Virus record (IMG/VR): IMGVR_UViG_3300020044_009484
Location: 1-33,806 of that record
Origin: a virus
Taxonomy: Duplodnaviria; Caudoviricetes
Length of the DNA stretch: 33,806 nt
Direction: 5' to 3' (one strand)
Shown: one piece after another, positions 9,616 to 18,476 of the stretch
How the letters are laid out: every line of letters starts with the position of its first letter
Numbering within the stretch: the first letter of the stretch is position 1
The notes under the pieces: generated by a model
Told to the model about the DNA's origin: nothing
Seen by the model: the letters and a program-made list of their open reading frames with translations, nothing else
Database searches by the model: none
Made by a program: the position numbers and the translations under genes

Positions 9616-10182
9616 TTAATGACGAGGTGGAGTCTGTGTGTATTGGTCTCGAAGGGGGCGACGGGTCCGCCAATCAACACAATTCTTTCCCCAGTTCATT
9701 GAACTTCTCCACCCAATGGCTGGACGGAAGAAAGGCTTGTTGTTTTGACGGTCCTCAAGAGTGGCAAAAGTGTTCTTTGTTTGGAATCCGAGAAATGAGA
9801 TTCGGTTGGCAACGATGATTTGCTCTTGTTTTGTTGCCCGTGCTGGGGAAGTTGCAAATTGCCAACCGCCATAGCCTCGCCATGCTGATTGGGCAATGCC
9901 CATGCCGCCTGCATAGTAGCCGCCGTTGGTCCAGTCATGTTGGGTTTCACACCATGACACCGCCTCCCAGAAGCGGATTGAGGGAACTTTTTTGGTGCGG
10001 AATTGAGCACGAAGTTCTGGGTGGATGCTTGAAGCAGAGACCTGTTGAAGTTGTTGTAGCGGATTCTGTGCCGCTGTTGTTGAAGTGAGTAGGACGCTTG
10101 GCTTTGCCGCTTGTGCTGCTGCTGGCGTGGAATGAATAGTGCTGATTAATGAAATTGCAATGATTGCGAAATGCTTACGCAT
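9616..10182 (-). CDS. Rpf-like (resuscitation-promoting factor) lytic transglycosylase, secreted
   Basis: Signal-peptide-like N-terminus. WEAVSWCET..W..GGYYAGGMGI..SAW..YGG..ATKQEQIIVA matches the Rpf core, with catalytic Glu in CET. Confidence 0.85.
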   Translation of the reverse strand: MRKHFAIIAISLISTIHSTPAAAQAAKPSVLLTSTTAAQNPLQQLQQVSASSIHPELRAQFRTKKVPSIRFWEAVSWCETQHDWTNGGYYAGGMGIAQSAWRGYGGWQFATSPARATKQEQIIVANRISFLGFQTKNTFATLEDRQNNKPFFRPAIGWRSSMNWGKNCVDWRTRRPLRDQYTQTPPRH

Positions 10183-10204
10183 GGTGCTCCTTTGAACGAT
10201 GGTC

Positions 10205-10315
10205 GGGGAAGCAGGCGTAAAACGCCGTTGAATTTAACCAAACAAACCTCCTAGCAGAGGGCGAAATGTAACGGCTGGTTAACCGTGCGTATCATGTCTA
10301 GTCGCATGATGTGTT
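10205..10315 (-). ncRNA. Candidate structured 5' leader RNA (three hairpins plus pseudoknot) upstream of rpf
   Basis: AUCAUG/CAUGAU hairpin; ACGG-UUAACCAG-CCGU hairpin whose loop is complementary to downstream UGGUUAA; CCUC/GAGG and GGCGU/ACGCC hairpins. Confidence 0.4.
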
Positions 10316-10322
10316 GTCAGCC

Positions 10323-10350
10323 AGCATAACTAAATCTGGCAAGAAGTCAA
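10323..10350 (-). promoter_or_regulatory. sigma70/SigA-like promoter for rpf
   Basis: TTGACT-N16-TATGCT immediately after the stop codon of the Com-like gene. Confidence 0.5.
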
Positions 10351-10506
10351 CTATTTAGCGTTTTGAGCCTTGCAGCGGTTACAAAGTATCAACCATGGTC
10401 TAGTGACCCTGATGGCAAGAAGGCGATTGCAGCGCCAGCAGCGTGGAGCCTCATCGGTCGGCGATGTCCGACCGTATGGGTCTGGGGAAGGGATTGGGTC
10501 AGCCAT
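10351..10506 (-). CDS. Mu Com-like zinc-finger regulator
   Basis: ~51 aa from ATG 10506: RCWRCNRLLA....LILCNRCKAQN, the Com-family CxxC..CxxC pattern. Confidence 0.7.
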   Translation of the reverse strand: MADPIPSPDPYGRTSPTDEAPRCWRCNRLLAIRVTRPWLILCNRCKAQNAK

Positions 10507-10783
10507 GGTGCATCGCATCGGTGACCGTGCCGCCGCAATCATCACAGATAATCGAGACGGCACCCATCGTTGATACTTCGATGGTGTTCAAATGCCTACA
10601 TTCGCCTAATTGGTCGACGACAGGCTCTGGTTCGTTAAGAAATGAGGCGGCGAGCATAAGGCTGACCGTCAGTGCTTCAAGGGCTGCAGAGGCGCTCTCA
10701 GCGGCTTTGATGGATGCAGCGAGAGCAGCCTCAAGATTGCGTGGACCAGCAAAAGCGGCATCTCGAATGTTCACAGGACCCAT
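10499..10783 (-). CDS. Hypothetical protein with C-terminal Zn ribbon
   Basis: 94 aa, helical N-terminus then CRH..CDDCG; overlaps both neighbours. Confidence 0.55.
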   Translation of the reverse strand: MGPVNIRDAAFAGPRNLEAALAASIKAAESASAALEALTVSLMLAASFLNEPEPVVDQLGECRHLNTIEVSTMGAVSIICDDCGGTVTDAMHHG

Positions 10784-11166
10784 CCCGAGAAATCAATTCC
10801 AACCACTGGACGGTCATCGCCGTCTCGACCAACTGGATAAAAGTCAGAAGTTGAGATGACTGTTAAAAAACTGACGCCAGAAATTGTTTGATTGCGGATG
10901 GCACCAATCGCATTACGGGCTAAAACAGCGTTTGCACGAGCGGTTGGATAATCGTTGCGTGATGCACGAGAAAATACCCTTATTCGAGGGCGCTGCACCG
11001 AATACACCGATGAGCCAAATGTCTGCATTGGTCCAACACCGTTGTCCTCAACGATAAGGATGCACACATCTGGTTCGTCTGGCATGACGGTTAAGAAGAT
11101 GTCTGTGGCGAGGGTTCCGACGCCTGAGGTTTGTAGGTGAGCACCTAACGCATCAAGTAAAGCCAT
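10771..11166 (-). CDS. Tail terminator / minor capsid-like protein
   Basis: 131 aa: GTLATDIF..MPDEPD..QRPRIRVFSR..YPVGRDGDDRP. Gene position fits. Confidence 0.7.
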   Translation of the reverse strand: MALLDALGAHLQTSGVGTLATDIFLTVMPDEPDVCILIVEDNGVGPMQTFGSSVYSVQRPRIRVFSRASRNDYPTARANAVLARNAIGAIRNQTISGVSFLTVISTSDFYPVGRDGDDRPVVGIDFSGWVL

Positions 11167-11597
11167 CAGGCAAGTCCTTCGATAATGGCGGAAACCCGCT
11201 TCTGCAATTTTCCTTCGAGAGTTTTTGCCGCTTCCTCAACGGGGTCTTTCAGGTAGTTGGCTTTCCTGCCTGCGGCATGTTTGAAAGTCAAGTTGTCATG
11301 TTGGATTTTTGCGTAGCCAACATTGATTTCTCCCCCATTTTTGGGGCTTTGGTCCTTGGCGGGTCCACCGTAGGAAATTTCGACCATGATGTCTCGCCCC
11401 ATAACAACGGGGTCATGGACCATTCCTGAGCCAGCAAGGGTTCCATGGTGAAACGGTACTTGTCGTAAGGATTTGCCGAGGACAATTTGTGCTTCTTGAT
11501 ACAGAGCAGCACGAGTCGCATCGATAGCAAGCGGGGAGCCTCTCAGAAGAACACGAAGGAGTTTGTCAAGTCCAGTAACACGAACGGTGGCGGTCAT
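11166..11597 (-). CDS. Neck/tail-completion protein (HK97 gp10-like)
   Basis: 143 aa: V.GLDKL..VP..GTL..S..YAKIQH..A.YLKDP. Confidence 0.7.
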   Translation of the reverse strand: MTATVRVTGLDKLLRVLLRGSPLAIDATRAALYQEAQIVLGKSLRQVPFHHGTLAGSGMVHDPVVMGRDIMVEISYGGPAKDQSPKNGGEINVGYAKIQHDNLTFKHAAGRKANYLKDPVEEAAKTLEGKLQKRVSAIIEGLA

Positions 11598-11603
11598 CAG
11601 AAA

Positions 11604-11930
11604 TCACTTACCAAAGGTCACGGTCGTGTGGTGAACGCCCGTCTCGTCGTTGTGGTTCTTGACCGACAGGATTACTGGGCTGGTGCCATCTGGCAAAACA
11701 ATCTTTGAACTGATTGTGATTGCTGGAGCGCCGTAGAAAATGATGGTTCCGTTCTCGAATTCATCACGGTTTCGTTCACTCGCATAACGGTTTGTACCTT
11801 CTTGAACACGGCAGCGAACCTTGACACCCGTGGCGCTGTGGCTGATTTTGCCGTAGGCGTCAAGACCCGAGTCTGCATAGATGGTTACCACGGACGGCAT
11901 CATCGAAAGGAACTCGGACTCAATGGTCAC
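11604..11930 (-). CDS. Head-closure (stopper) protein
   Basis: 108 aa: DAYGK..CRV..KIVLPDG. Lies between the adaptor and neck genes. Confidence 0.65.
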   Translation of the reverse strand: MTIESEFLSMMPSVVTIYADSGLDAYGKISHSATGVKVRCRVQEGTNRYASERNRDEFENGTIIFYGAPAITISSKIVLPDGTSPVILSVKNHNDETGVHHTTVTFGK

Positions 11931-12646
11931 AGGAAGGTGTCCATCCCGACTGAGAAGTGGCTTGGTCCAAAGACATTGCCGCTGGTGTCTGTGTAGTAGT
12001 AGCCCTGTGGCTGACCGTACTTGTTGGCTTGTTCACGGAGATGGTCGGCACGGGTAAGGAAAGCGTTTGCCTGTGCTTGGTGCTGGGTTGAAAGCGAGAG
12101 GTCGCCGACTGATTTGGAGTAGTCACCCAAGCGGGTGTACTTGCCAGAGATTGCAACGCATCCCTCTGCGCCAGCGGAGTAGATGTTGTCCTCCCATTGG
12201 GCGAGCAGCCAGTTGATTTCGGCGTCCATGAGCAATTGGTTGTCTGGGTCGGTGTCGCCGATTACAAAGCGACAGGCGTCAAGGGTGCTGTTTTGAGGGT
12301 TACCTGTGTAGGACCATGTGGACTTTGTTGTATCGAGTAATTCGATGACAACCATGCCGTTATTGGGTGCGGTAAGGGTGCGCCCTGAGAAAGTTGCGGT
12401 AAAAGACGCAAGATACTGCCCTGCGGCAAGAGTCGCATCGCTGCTCGACCATGAGTATTCGACACGACCTTGTGCGGCGTTAACGATTGAACAAGAACCC
12501 GATGTGATGACTTGGGTACCTGATGCCGCTCCCCACATGTTGAACACAACGGTGGCACCTGTGAGGTCCACGGCAACATCGTCAAGCAGGAACTGACGGG
12601 CGAGAACGGGGAGTCGGTTGCCTTTTTTGATTGTTACATCTGCCAT
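11927..12646 (-). CDS. Fusion of a BppU-like domain and a head-tail adaptor
   Basis: The likely start is ATG 12646 after GGAG. N-half IKKGN.LP..VDLTGATV.F..GRVEYSW..G.Y.A.F is BppU-like. C-half WSYTG..RFVIGDTD..LL.D.EI..SKSVGDLSLS is adaptor-like. Confidence 0.7.
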   Translation of the reverse strand: MADVTIKKGNRLPVLARQFLLDDVAVDLTGATVVFNMWGAASGTQVITSGSCSIVNAAQGRVEYSWSSSDATLAAGQYLASFTATFSGRTLTAPNNGMVVIELLDTTKSTWSYTGNPQNSTLDACRFVIGDTDPDNQLLMDAEINWLLAQWEDNIYSAGAEGCVAISGKYTRLGDYSKSVGDLSLSTQHQAQANAFLTRADHLREQANKYGQPQGYYYTDTSGNVFGPSHFSVGMDTFL

Positions 12647-12647
12647 G

Positions 12648-14456
12648 TCATTCTCCAAGTAAGACGATGCCAGAACCATCGCCAGTCGTGACCTCAAGAT
12701 TAGACCCACCTACGGTCAACTCTTGCCTAACCCCACTAGCGGAACTGGATTCATTGGCACCTTCGGCGATGACGGACCCAGTGGTGGTAAAAATTCTGAT
12801 TCTCTTAAATCCCTCAGATTCCGATGTCCCCGTTCCAGCCCCAGACGCTGTTCGCATAAGCCCTCGAAGGAACGCTGCGGATGATGAACCGCTGCCGAGA
12901 CCGCTGATTGAGCGGGGCACCCTTCTGACCGATGTGCATGTGGAGCCACCTATGCCAGAACTCGTACAGGTCCGTGGGGAGATAATGAGGCGTGAGGCTG
13001 TAGAACTGCCTGAGCCGCTTCCAGAAGCCGTCCTAAGCCTGATTCGAACGCCAGTGGATGTTGATGAACTTGTGCCACTTGAGGATGCTGTGCGGCGTCT
13101 TGTGATGATGTGAAGGACGACATCGTTTGTCGAAGCCTGCCCAGAACCTTGGGCATTTCGATAAACCTTGTGAGCGATGGCGTTGCTGGATGTTCCCGAA
13201 CCAGAACCCGAACCAGAACGGTGCATCGCATGAAGTTGAGCGTTGGTCGCCGAACCTTGACCCGTGCCGCTGGCGGACCGAATCGAGGTATGCCGACCCA
13301 TTGCCGTTCCGTCGGTTGTTCCTTGTCCTGAACCTTGAGCGTTTCGATAAACACTGTGCGAGATGGTGGTTTGGCTGCTGCTTGTACCTGTGCCGCTTGC
13401 TGTCTTTTTAACCGTGTGGAGGTAGGTCGTTGTAGAGCCGTCAGTTCCGCTGCCAGACGCTGTTCGCATAACCTTGCGAAGCGATGTGGTTGAAGTGCCA
13501 CCTTGCCCTGAACCTGACGCTGTTCGAGGATTGATGTGCAAATAAACAGTTGCCGATGTGCCGCTTCCAGAGCCGTTTGCAGCGGCGTAAACCGTATGAA
13601 GGGTTGCAATGGCTGAGGAGCCTGTACCCGAGCCTGTGGCGCTTCTAGGGGCTGTATGAAGGAATTGTGCTCCCCCAGAGGTTGAACCATTGCCAGCACC
13701 TTGAGCATTTCGATAAACGAGGTGGGCTACGGAGTTATTTGACGAGCCTGTTCCAGAACCTGTGGCTGTTCTTTGGTGACTGTGAAGGTCGTCGCTGATT
13801 CCTGAACCAGTACCGCTGCCCGATGCAATCGCATAATGAGTGGCAAAAGACGCTGTGGTCGAAGAGCCTGTTCCAGACCCTGTTGCATTGCGGGCTGCAA
13901 ACACACGACCAGTGGCAGAGGATGAGCCTGTACCAGAACCATTTGCTGAGCGATTCCGATAGATGAAACCTGTTGCCGATGATGAACCTGTTCCAGAACC
14001 TGTGGCTGTTCTGGGGACCGAACGATTGTCCGACGATGTTGAGTTACCAGTTCCCGAGCCTGATGCAGAACGAATGTTCGTGTGAAGTATTGAAGTCGAT
14101 TGTGTTCCCGAGCCAGATGCAGTCGCATTGCGTGGCGCTGTGTGCAGACCGACCGCTGTCCCCTCGGTTGCAGCCTGACCCGAACCTTGTGCGTTTCGAT
14201 AAATGGAATGAGAGATTGCCGTGGACGAAGAACTTGTGCCGCTGCCATTTGCGGTCCTCAAATTGGTGTGAAGAATTGAGGTGGTCTGAGAGCCTTGTCC
14301 AGAGCCTGTGGCTGAACGACGACGAGTAATTAGACGAGAGGTGCTAGAGGACCCTGTTCCAGCCCCAGACGCCGTTTTAGAGACCGTCTGAAAGGACTGG
14401 TTGTAAGTCGTCCCACTAGCGGAGTAAAGAACTCCTGAATAGTTGTATGTCGCCAC
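12648..14456 (-). CDS. Ser/Gly/Thr-rich repeat protein, probable virion fibre/appendage
   Basis: 602 aa made of more than 20 tandem ~21-aa units R[NTS]A[STQ]GSG[TQ]G[SS]. Confidence 0.7.
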   Translation of the reverse strand: MATYNYSGVLYSASGTTYNQSFQTVSKTASGAGTGSSSTSRLITRRRSATGSGQGSQTTSILHTNLRTANGSGTSSSSTAISHSIYRNAQGSGQAATEGTAVGLHTAPRNATASGSGTQSTSILHTNIRSASGSGTGNSTSSDNRSVPRTATGSGTGSSSATGFIYRNRSANGSGTGSSSATGRVFAARNATGSGTGSSTTASFATHYAIASGSGTGSGISDDLHSHQRTATGSGTGSSNNSVAHLVYRNAQGAGNGSTSGGAQFLHTAPRSATGSGTGSSAIATLHTVYAAANGSGSGTSATVYLHINPRTASGSGQGGTSTTSLRKVMRTASGSGTDGSTTTYLHTVKKTASGTGTSSSQTTISHSVYRNAQGSGQGTTDGTAMGRHTSIRSASGTGQGSATNAQLHAMHRSGSGSGSGTSSNAIAHKVYRNAQGSGQASTNDVVLHIITRRRTASSSGTSSSTSTGVRIRLRTASGSGSGSSTASRLIISPRTCTSSGIGGSTCTSVRRVPRSISGLGSGSSSAAFLRGLMRTASGAGTGTSESEGFKRIRIFTTTGSVIAEGANESSSASGVRQELTVGGSNLEVTTGDGSGIVLLGE

Positions 14457-14472
14457 CTGTTCGCATCAACCG

Positions 14473-14796
14473 TTAGTCGTAGATGTTCCAGTCCGCATCG
14501 GGTGTGAGGTTCACCCAACTTGCGGGACGCCCCCATTCGGGTGGGTCAGGAATTTCAATTGTGGCGGATGTCGGCTGAGGAACATTTGATGGGAGGTCAC
14601 GAAGCATTTGACGAAACTCAGCCCACAATGCCCGATTCTCGTCGGAAATTGGGTTGTCTGGCATCTGGGTCCAGTCAGATTCGTTCAATAAAACCCAACG
14701 AATGATTTTAATGACAAACTGAAGTTCTTCTTGTGTTTCAGCGAGTTTTTCAACGCCATTTGAGACAATTGGATAATTTTTCAATTGGATAATCAT
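14473..14796 (-). CDS. Fibre assembly chaperone
   Basis: LLNESDWTQMPD.P..W..FRQ.LRDLP motif; follows the collar-domain fibre gene. Confidence 0.75.
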   Translation of the reverse strand: MIIQLKNYPIVSNGVEKLAETQEELQFVIKIIRWVLLNESDWTQMPDNPISDENRALWAEFRQMLRDLPSNVPQPTSATIEIPDPPEWGRPASWVNLTPDADWNIYD

Positions 14797-14802
14797 TATT
14801 CC

Positions 14803-15672
14803 TCAGGTCTTTATGATGTAGTTCAACGCCAAAAACGGTGGCATGTTTTCATGTGATGAAGTCGCATCGGCGGCGGTAGCGGTGGTAACAGAACCAGAAA
14901 CAGTAATCGTGTGATTATGGCTTGCCGACATTCCACCACTGCTGAAGGTGTTTGTATTTACTGTTACCGTGTGGCTGTGTGAAGGGTCCGAAGCACTTAC
15001 AAACAAACCAGTGTCGGTCGGAGAAGCAGACAAAACGAGTCTGTTCGTTCCTGCGTTACCAATAGAAGCACGAGGGATTCTGTGGTCATGGTTGATGCTT
15101 GTGGTGCCACCCGATGCGGTGTGACCGTGAGAAACATCGTGCGTGTGGTCCACGGATTGGTTACCTGAAGATGCGGTAATTGTGTTCGCATGACCGTGCG
15201 CTGATGTTCCCGATTGAGCGCCAGTCAAAGTGACCGTTTCGGCACCGCCAGTATCAGCAGGGTTTCGAAGCGTTAAACCAGAACCAGTTCCAGCACCAAC
15301 TGGGACACGACCACTCAAAAATGGGATGTTGAATGTCGTGGTTCCGTTACCAGCGCCGTAAGTCGTGCCAATTGCAGCGAACAATGCTGCGTAGGTCGAC
15401 CTTGAAATAGGAGTTGAGGTATTGCACAATAACCAGCCAGCGGGTGCCGATGAGCCAGCATAAGGCATGATTGCCCCTGCAGGTACAAGGTTTGCAACTT
15501 TGTAATCAAGGCTGGTTGTATCTGCCGAGCCGTTAATGCCGACTTTGGCTTCAAGAGCCTCGATAGCGTCATTCGCATTGCTGTGCTGACCAGCATGGTC
15601 AGGTGAGGCAAGAGTGTCCGACCCAGTTGGGTTGGTAAGCGAGTCGAGCGATGTAGGGAAGTTCGTCGCCAT
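14803..15672 (-). CDS. Tail-collar-domain short fibre protein
   Basis: VPAGAIMPYAG..P.GWLLC..SR.TYAALF.AIGTTYG.G.G.TTFN.P; several HxH metal motifs; ends HENMPP..ALNYIIK. Confidence 0.9.
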   Translation of the reverse strand: MATNFPTSLDSLTNPTGSDTLASPDHAGQHSNANDAIEALEAKVGINGSADTTSLDYKVANLVPAGAIMPYAGSSAPAGWLLCNTSTPISRSTYAALFAAIGTTYGAGNGTTTFNIPFLSGRVPVGAGTGSGLTLRNPADTGGAETVTLTGAQSGTSAHGHANTITASSGNQSVDHTHDVSHGHTASGGTTSINHDHRIPRASIGNAGTNRLVLSASPTDTGLFVSASDPSHSHTVTVNTNTFSSGGMSASHNHTITVSGSVTTATAADATSSHENMPPFLALNYIIKT

Positions 15673-15686
15673 GACGACCTACCTTC

Positions 15687-16049
15687 CTAGTCGAGCGACA
15701 GTGTCAGCGAGGTGATTTCGAAAGTGTCGCCAGCGGTTACAGCAGCGGATGCCGACAAAGCGCCAGTCCACAAGCAGTTACCACCAGTTGAGTTGTCCCA
15801 CATTGACCAATGGGTGTAGGTCTCTGTAGCGGCGACATTCGTCCATGTAAGCGTCGCACTGGACGCCTTTGAACCACTTGATGCTGCGGACCAAGAAACA
15901 GCCTTACGAGTCGTCTCAGTGGCTGCTGAAGAGGTTCCATCCTCGCCTGCATCGCCAGTGTGCAACTTGATGTAGCAGGTGGTGACAGCAAAAGAGGTGT
16001 TGCCAAGGGTGTCGAGCAACTTGAGTTCTGCGTAGTTACTAATTGACAT
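15687..16049 (-). CDS. Conserved small virion structural protein
   Basis: 120 aa, beta-rich: SNYAE.KLLD..LHTGD.GE.G..WD..TGGN.L..G. Confidence 0.65.
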   Translation of the reverse strand: MSISNYAELKLLDTLGNTSFAVTTCYIKLHTGDAGEDGTSSAATETTRKAVSWSAASSGSKASSATLTWTNVAATETYTHWSMWDNSTGGNCLWTGALSASAAVTAGDTFEITSLTLSLD

Positions 16050-16314
16050 CTTCGGTCACTTCCTCTTCGGGTGCTTCAATCGTCTCTTCGACGACCTTCG
16101 ACTTTGGGGTTGCCTTAGGCTTTGGAGCCGCCTTTGGCTTCGGGCTTACGGGAGCAACAGGTGCTACTTCATCGTCGTCCAAGCGACGCAACCGCCCAGC
16201 GTTAATCAACGCCTTCTTGTTGCGCCACTCGGACGCATCGATGATTTCACCAGAAAAGATGGGCTTGCCATCGATTCCAGCAATCACTCTGAGCACTTCG
16301 TACATTTCAGGCAC
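16039..16314 (-). CDS. Hypothetical protein downstream of capsid
   Basis: The likely start is GTG 16314 after AAGGAG. Small domain followed by a Pro/Lys-rich then acidic tail. Confidence 0.6.
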   Translation of the reverse strand: MPEMYEVLRVIAGIDGKPIFSGEIIDASEWRNKKALINAGRLRRLDDDEVAPVAPVSPKPKAAPKPKATPKSKVVEETIEAPEEEVTEDVN

Positions 16315-16331
16315 TGGGTGCTCCTTCGTGA

Positions 16332-17309
16332 TTAGGCTACGACGCTTGCGAAGAAGGTGCCGAGGTCTGCAGCGATGACCTTGTGGTCCCATGCTGCTTC
16401 AGCCTCGATACGCTCCGACTTGAGCGATTCCATACGGAAGCGGGCGGTGCCGATTGTTGCACCGATTCCACCAGAGACGCCTGTCCAACCGAAGGTGTAA
16501 CCAGCGGATGGCTGGAGGAGACCTGCGTTTGGTGCGCTGTAGCAAAGCATCGCAGCCTTGCCATGCACGAATGAGTAAGCCTCTGAAGCGCCTTCGTTGT
16601 TCGTTGCCTTGACGGACTTGGTGACAAGCACACGGTCAACTTCGAACATACGAGCCATCATCTCTTCGGTGATGACATTCGAGGTTGTGTACTTGATGCG
16701 GTCCACGAGGTCTGGGTGGTTCTTCAACTTGCGGAAAGCCTGATAACCCAAGACGAGGGTGTTTGGCATGAAGCCTGTGGTCGAAAGAATCTTTTCCTTC
16801 GCTGCTTCGATGTCCTCAAGAGGGTCGCTATTCGCATAGTCGCTCCACTGCTTGAACTCGTTGGTTGATGGTGTTCCCGAAACGCCTGTGTAGTCGGTTC
16901 CCCACACGCCTGTTGTGAAGAAGGTTGACTGCCAATCGAGTTCCTGACGGAGAAGGATGCGGCTCGTTACGAACTCTGCTGCTTCACGGTCAAGGTTGAT
17001 TGGTGCGTCTGCGTTTGCACGGGTCTGGTCACCGACATCCTTGTGGAAAGCCCACACCTGTGCGGCGTAGGAATCGGTTGACAAGTTGTAACCGCCACCT
17101 GCTGATTCAGTCGCATCGGCACGAACTTGTGCTTCGTCTCGGAACCAGTCGTTCTTGGTGTACTTGAAGAACTTGTTGCTCTGCTTGTCCACTGGGACCA
17201 GAGGGAAAACCTTCGTTGCTACGAAGTTGTTCGCCTGCTGCATGTATGCGACCGAGATGTTTGTCAGGATTGCATCAATGTGGACGGAGGTCTGTGTTGG
17301 CTGTGCCAT
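16332..17309 (-). CDS. Major capsid protein (lambda gpE-like family)
   Basis: 325 aa: HIDAILTNISVAY..FP.VPV.KQS..W..SDP..DI..PNTLVLG..LKNHP. Follows scaffold and decoration genes. Confidence 0.9.
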   Translation of the reverse strand: MAQPTQTSVHIDAILTNISVAYMQQANNFVATKVFPLVPVDKQSNKFFKYTKNDWFRDEAQVRADATESAGGGYNLSTDSYAAQVWAFHKDVGDQTRANADAPINLDREAAEFVTSRILLRQELDWQSTFFTTGVWGTDYTGVSGTPSTNEFKQWSDYANSDPLEDIEAAKEKILSTTGFMPNTLVLGYQAFRKLKNHPDLVDRIKYTTSNVITEEMMARMFEVDRVLVTKSVKATNNEGASEAYSFVHGKAAMLCYSAPNAGLLQPSAGYTFGWTGVSGGIGATIGTARFRMESLKSERIEAEAAWDHKVIAADLGTFFASVVA

Positions 17310-17328
17310 TTTGGATTATTCCTTCTAC

Positions 17329-17721
17329 TTAGGCTGCTCGACCTGCAGTGGCGCAGGCAACAATTGCTGTAATGATTTCTCCAGAAGCACCCTCTGTAAG
17401 AGCGGTTCCGCAGATGTACTTGGTGGTGTCGGTGCCAGCAACAATTGCTACACCAGCGCCTGTTGAACTTGGGCTGACGATGCCGCCCTCGGTCACTGTT
17501 CCGCCGAGCACCAACTTGGTGCCGCCAGAAACAAGAACTTCAGCCACGCCGCCAGATGCTGGAGCGTTCTGAAGAACACCGATTGGACGGTCGGTTGCTG
17601 CAGCAACTGCAATAACCTGTCCGCTTGAGTTCAACTTCACGAAGTTGTACTGCTTCGAAGAGAGGTCTCCGCCAGCAACAAGGGAAACCTTGACGCTGTA
17701 ATTAGAAATCTCGTATGCCAT
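17329..17721 (-). CDS. Capsid decoration/cement protein
   Basis: 130 aa, Gly/Ala/Val-rich: Y.FVKL..IGVLQNAP..G..A.V..G. Lies between scaffold and capsid. Confidence 0.75.
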   Translation of the reverse strand: MAYEISNYSVKVSLVAGGDLSSKQYNFVKLNSSGQVIAVAAATDRPIGVLQNAPASGGVAEVLVSGGTKLVLGGTVTEGGIVSPSSTGAGVAIVAGTDTTKYICGTALTEGASGEIITAIVACATAGRAA

Positions 17722-17735
17722 GGGGGTTTCCTTCC

Positions 17736-18476
17736 TTACTTCTCTGAGAGGTATTGGTTGTAAAGGTCTGGGTTTTGAGCAACCAGTCCGCTGATTGCCT
17801 GCTCGACGGTGTTGTACTCGCCTGCGTCAACTGCTGCCTTGGCAAGGCTTGTGACCTTGCCGAACGCATCACTTGTCGTGGAGCGGTTACTTGCGCCGAG
17901 TTCTGAGAAGATTGCTGCTGCTTCTTGCTGAGCGTTAACAGCCTCAAATGCCTTCTCGATTGTGGAAGCGAGGTCCGAGTTGATGTCTGCAACCTTGCGG
18001 AGTGCAACACCGAAAGCATCGGCTTCGATAGGAAGGTTGGACCATGCTGCTGCCTTAGCGACATACGAGCGGTCACGCTGGATTTCCTTCTCCTTGCGGA
18101 GTTCTTCACGAGCCGATTCTGCGTCTGCTGCTGCCTTGGCAAGCATTTCACGCACTGGCTCTGGGAGGGACTTGATGAGTGCCTCTTCTTCGTCGATAGG
18201 AGCGTCCTCTTCTGGGTCGTTCGCATCGGCTGCCTTCTGGAGGTCAGCGATTACTTCACGAGCCTTAGCAAGTTCCGCTTCCAATTCGACCATACGGTCG
18301 ATGTACTGCTCATTGATGTCTACGACGACATCATCTTCTGCATGTGCCACTGAGTCCTCCGTGGGGTTTGCGTTCTTCATGACTATCCAACCTTCTTCAA
18401 GATGGGCAGGGTGGTCTACACCGCTGGTCTCTAGCACCTTTAGTGCCACCATCTTTTTAGGCGTCTTTGCTGTCAT
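17736..18476 (-). CDS. Scaffold protein with N-terminal protease-like segment
   Basis: 246 aa, acidic coiled-coil with many hydrophobic-x-K-A/S sites. N-terminal LKVLETSGVDHPAH resembles the EvSlVdxPAn strand of HK97/XkdF proteases. Confidence 0.75.
   Translation of the reverse strand: MTAKTPKKMVALKVLETSGVDHPAHLEEGWIVMKNANPTEDSVAHAEDDVVVDINEQYIDRMVELEAELAKAREVIADLQKAADANDPEEDAPIDEEEALIKSLPEPVREMLAKAAADAESAREELRKEKEIQRDRSYVAKAAAWSNLPIEADAFGVALRKVADINSDLASTIEKAFEAVNAQQEAAAIFSELGASNRSTTSDAFGKVTSLAKAAVDAGEYNTVEQAISGLVAQNPDLYNQYLSEK

Noticed and set aside
10183-10320. c-di-AMP (ydaO) riboswitch before rpf
   Set aside because: Expected from context, but I could not find its conserved sequence blocks; kept only as an unassigned structured leader.
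12950-14329. Overlapping 118-252 aa ORFs within the repeat gene
   Set aside because: By-products of the low-complexity GSG repeat in other frames.
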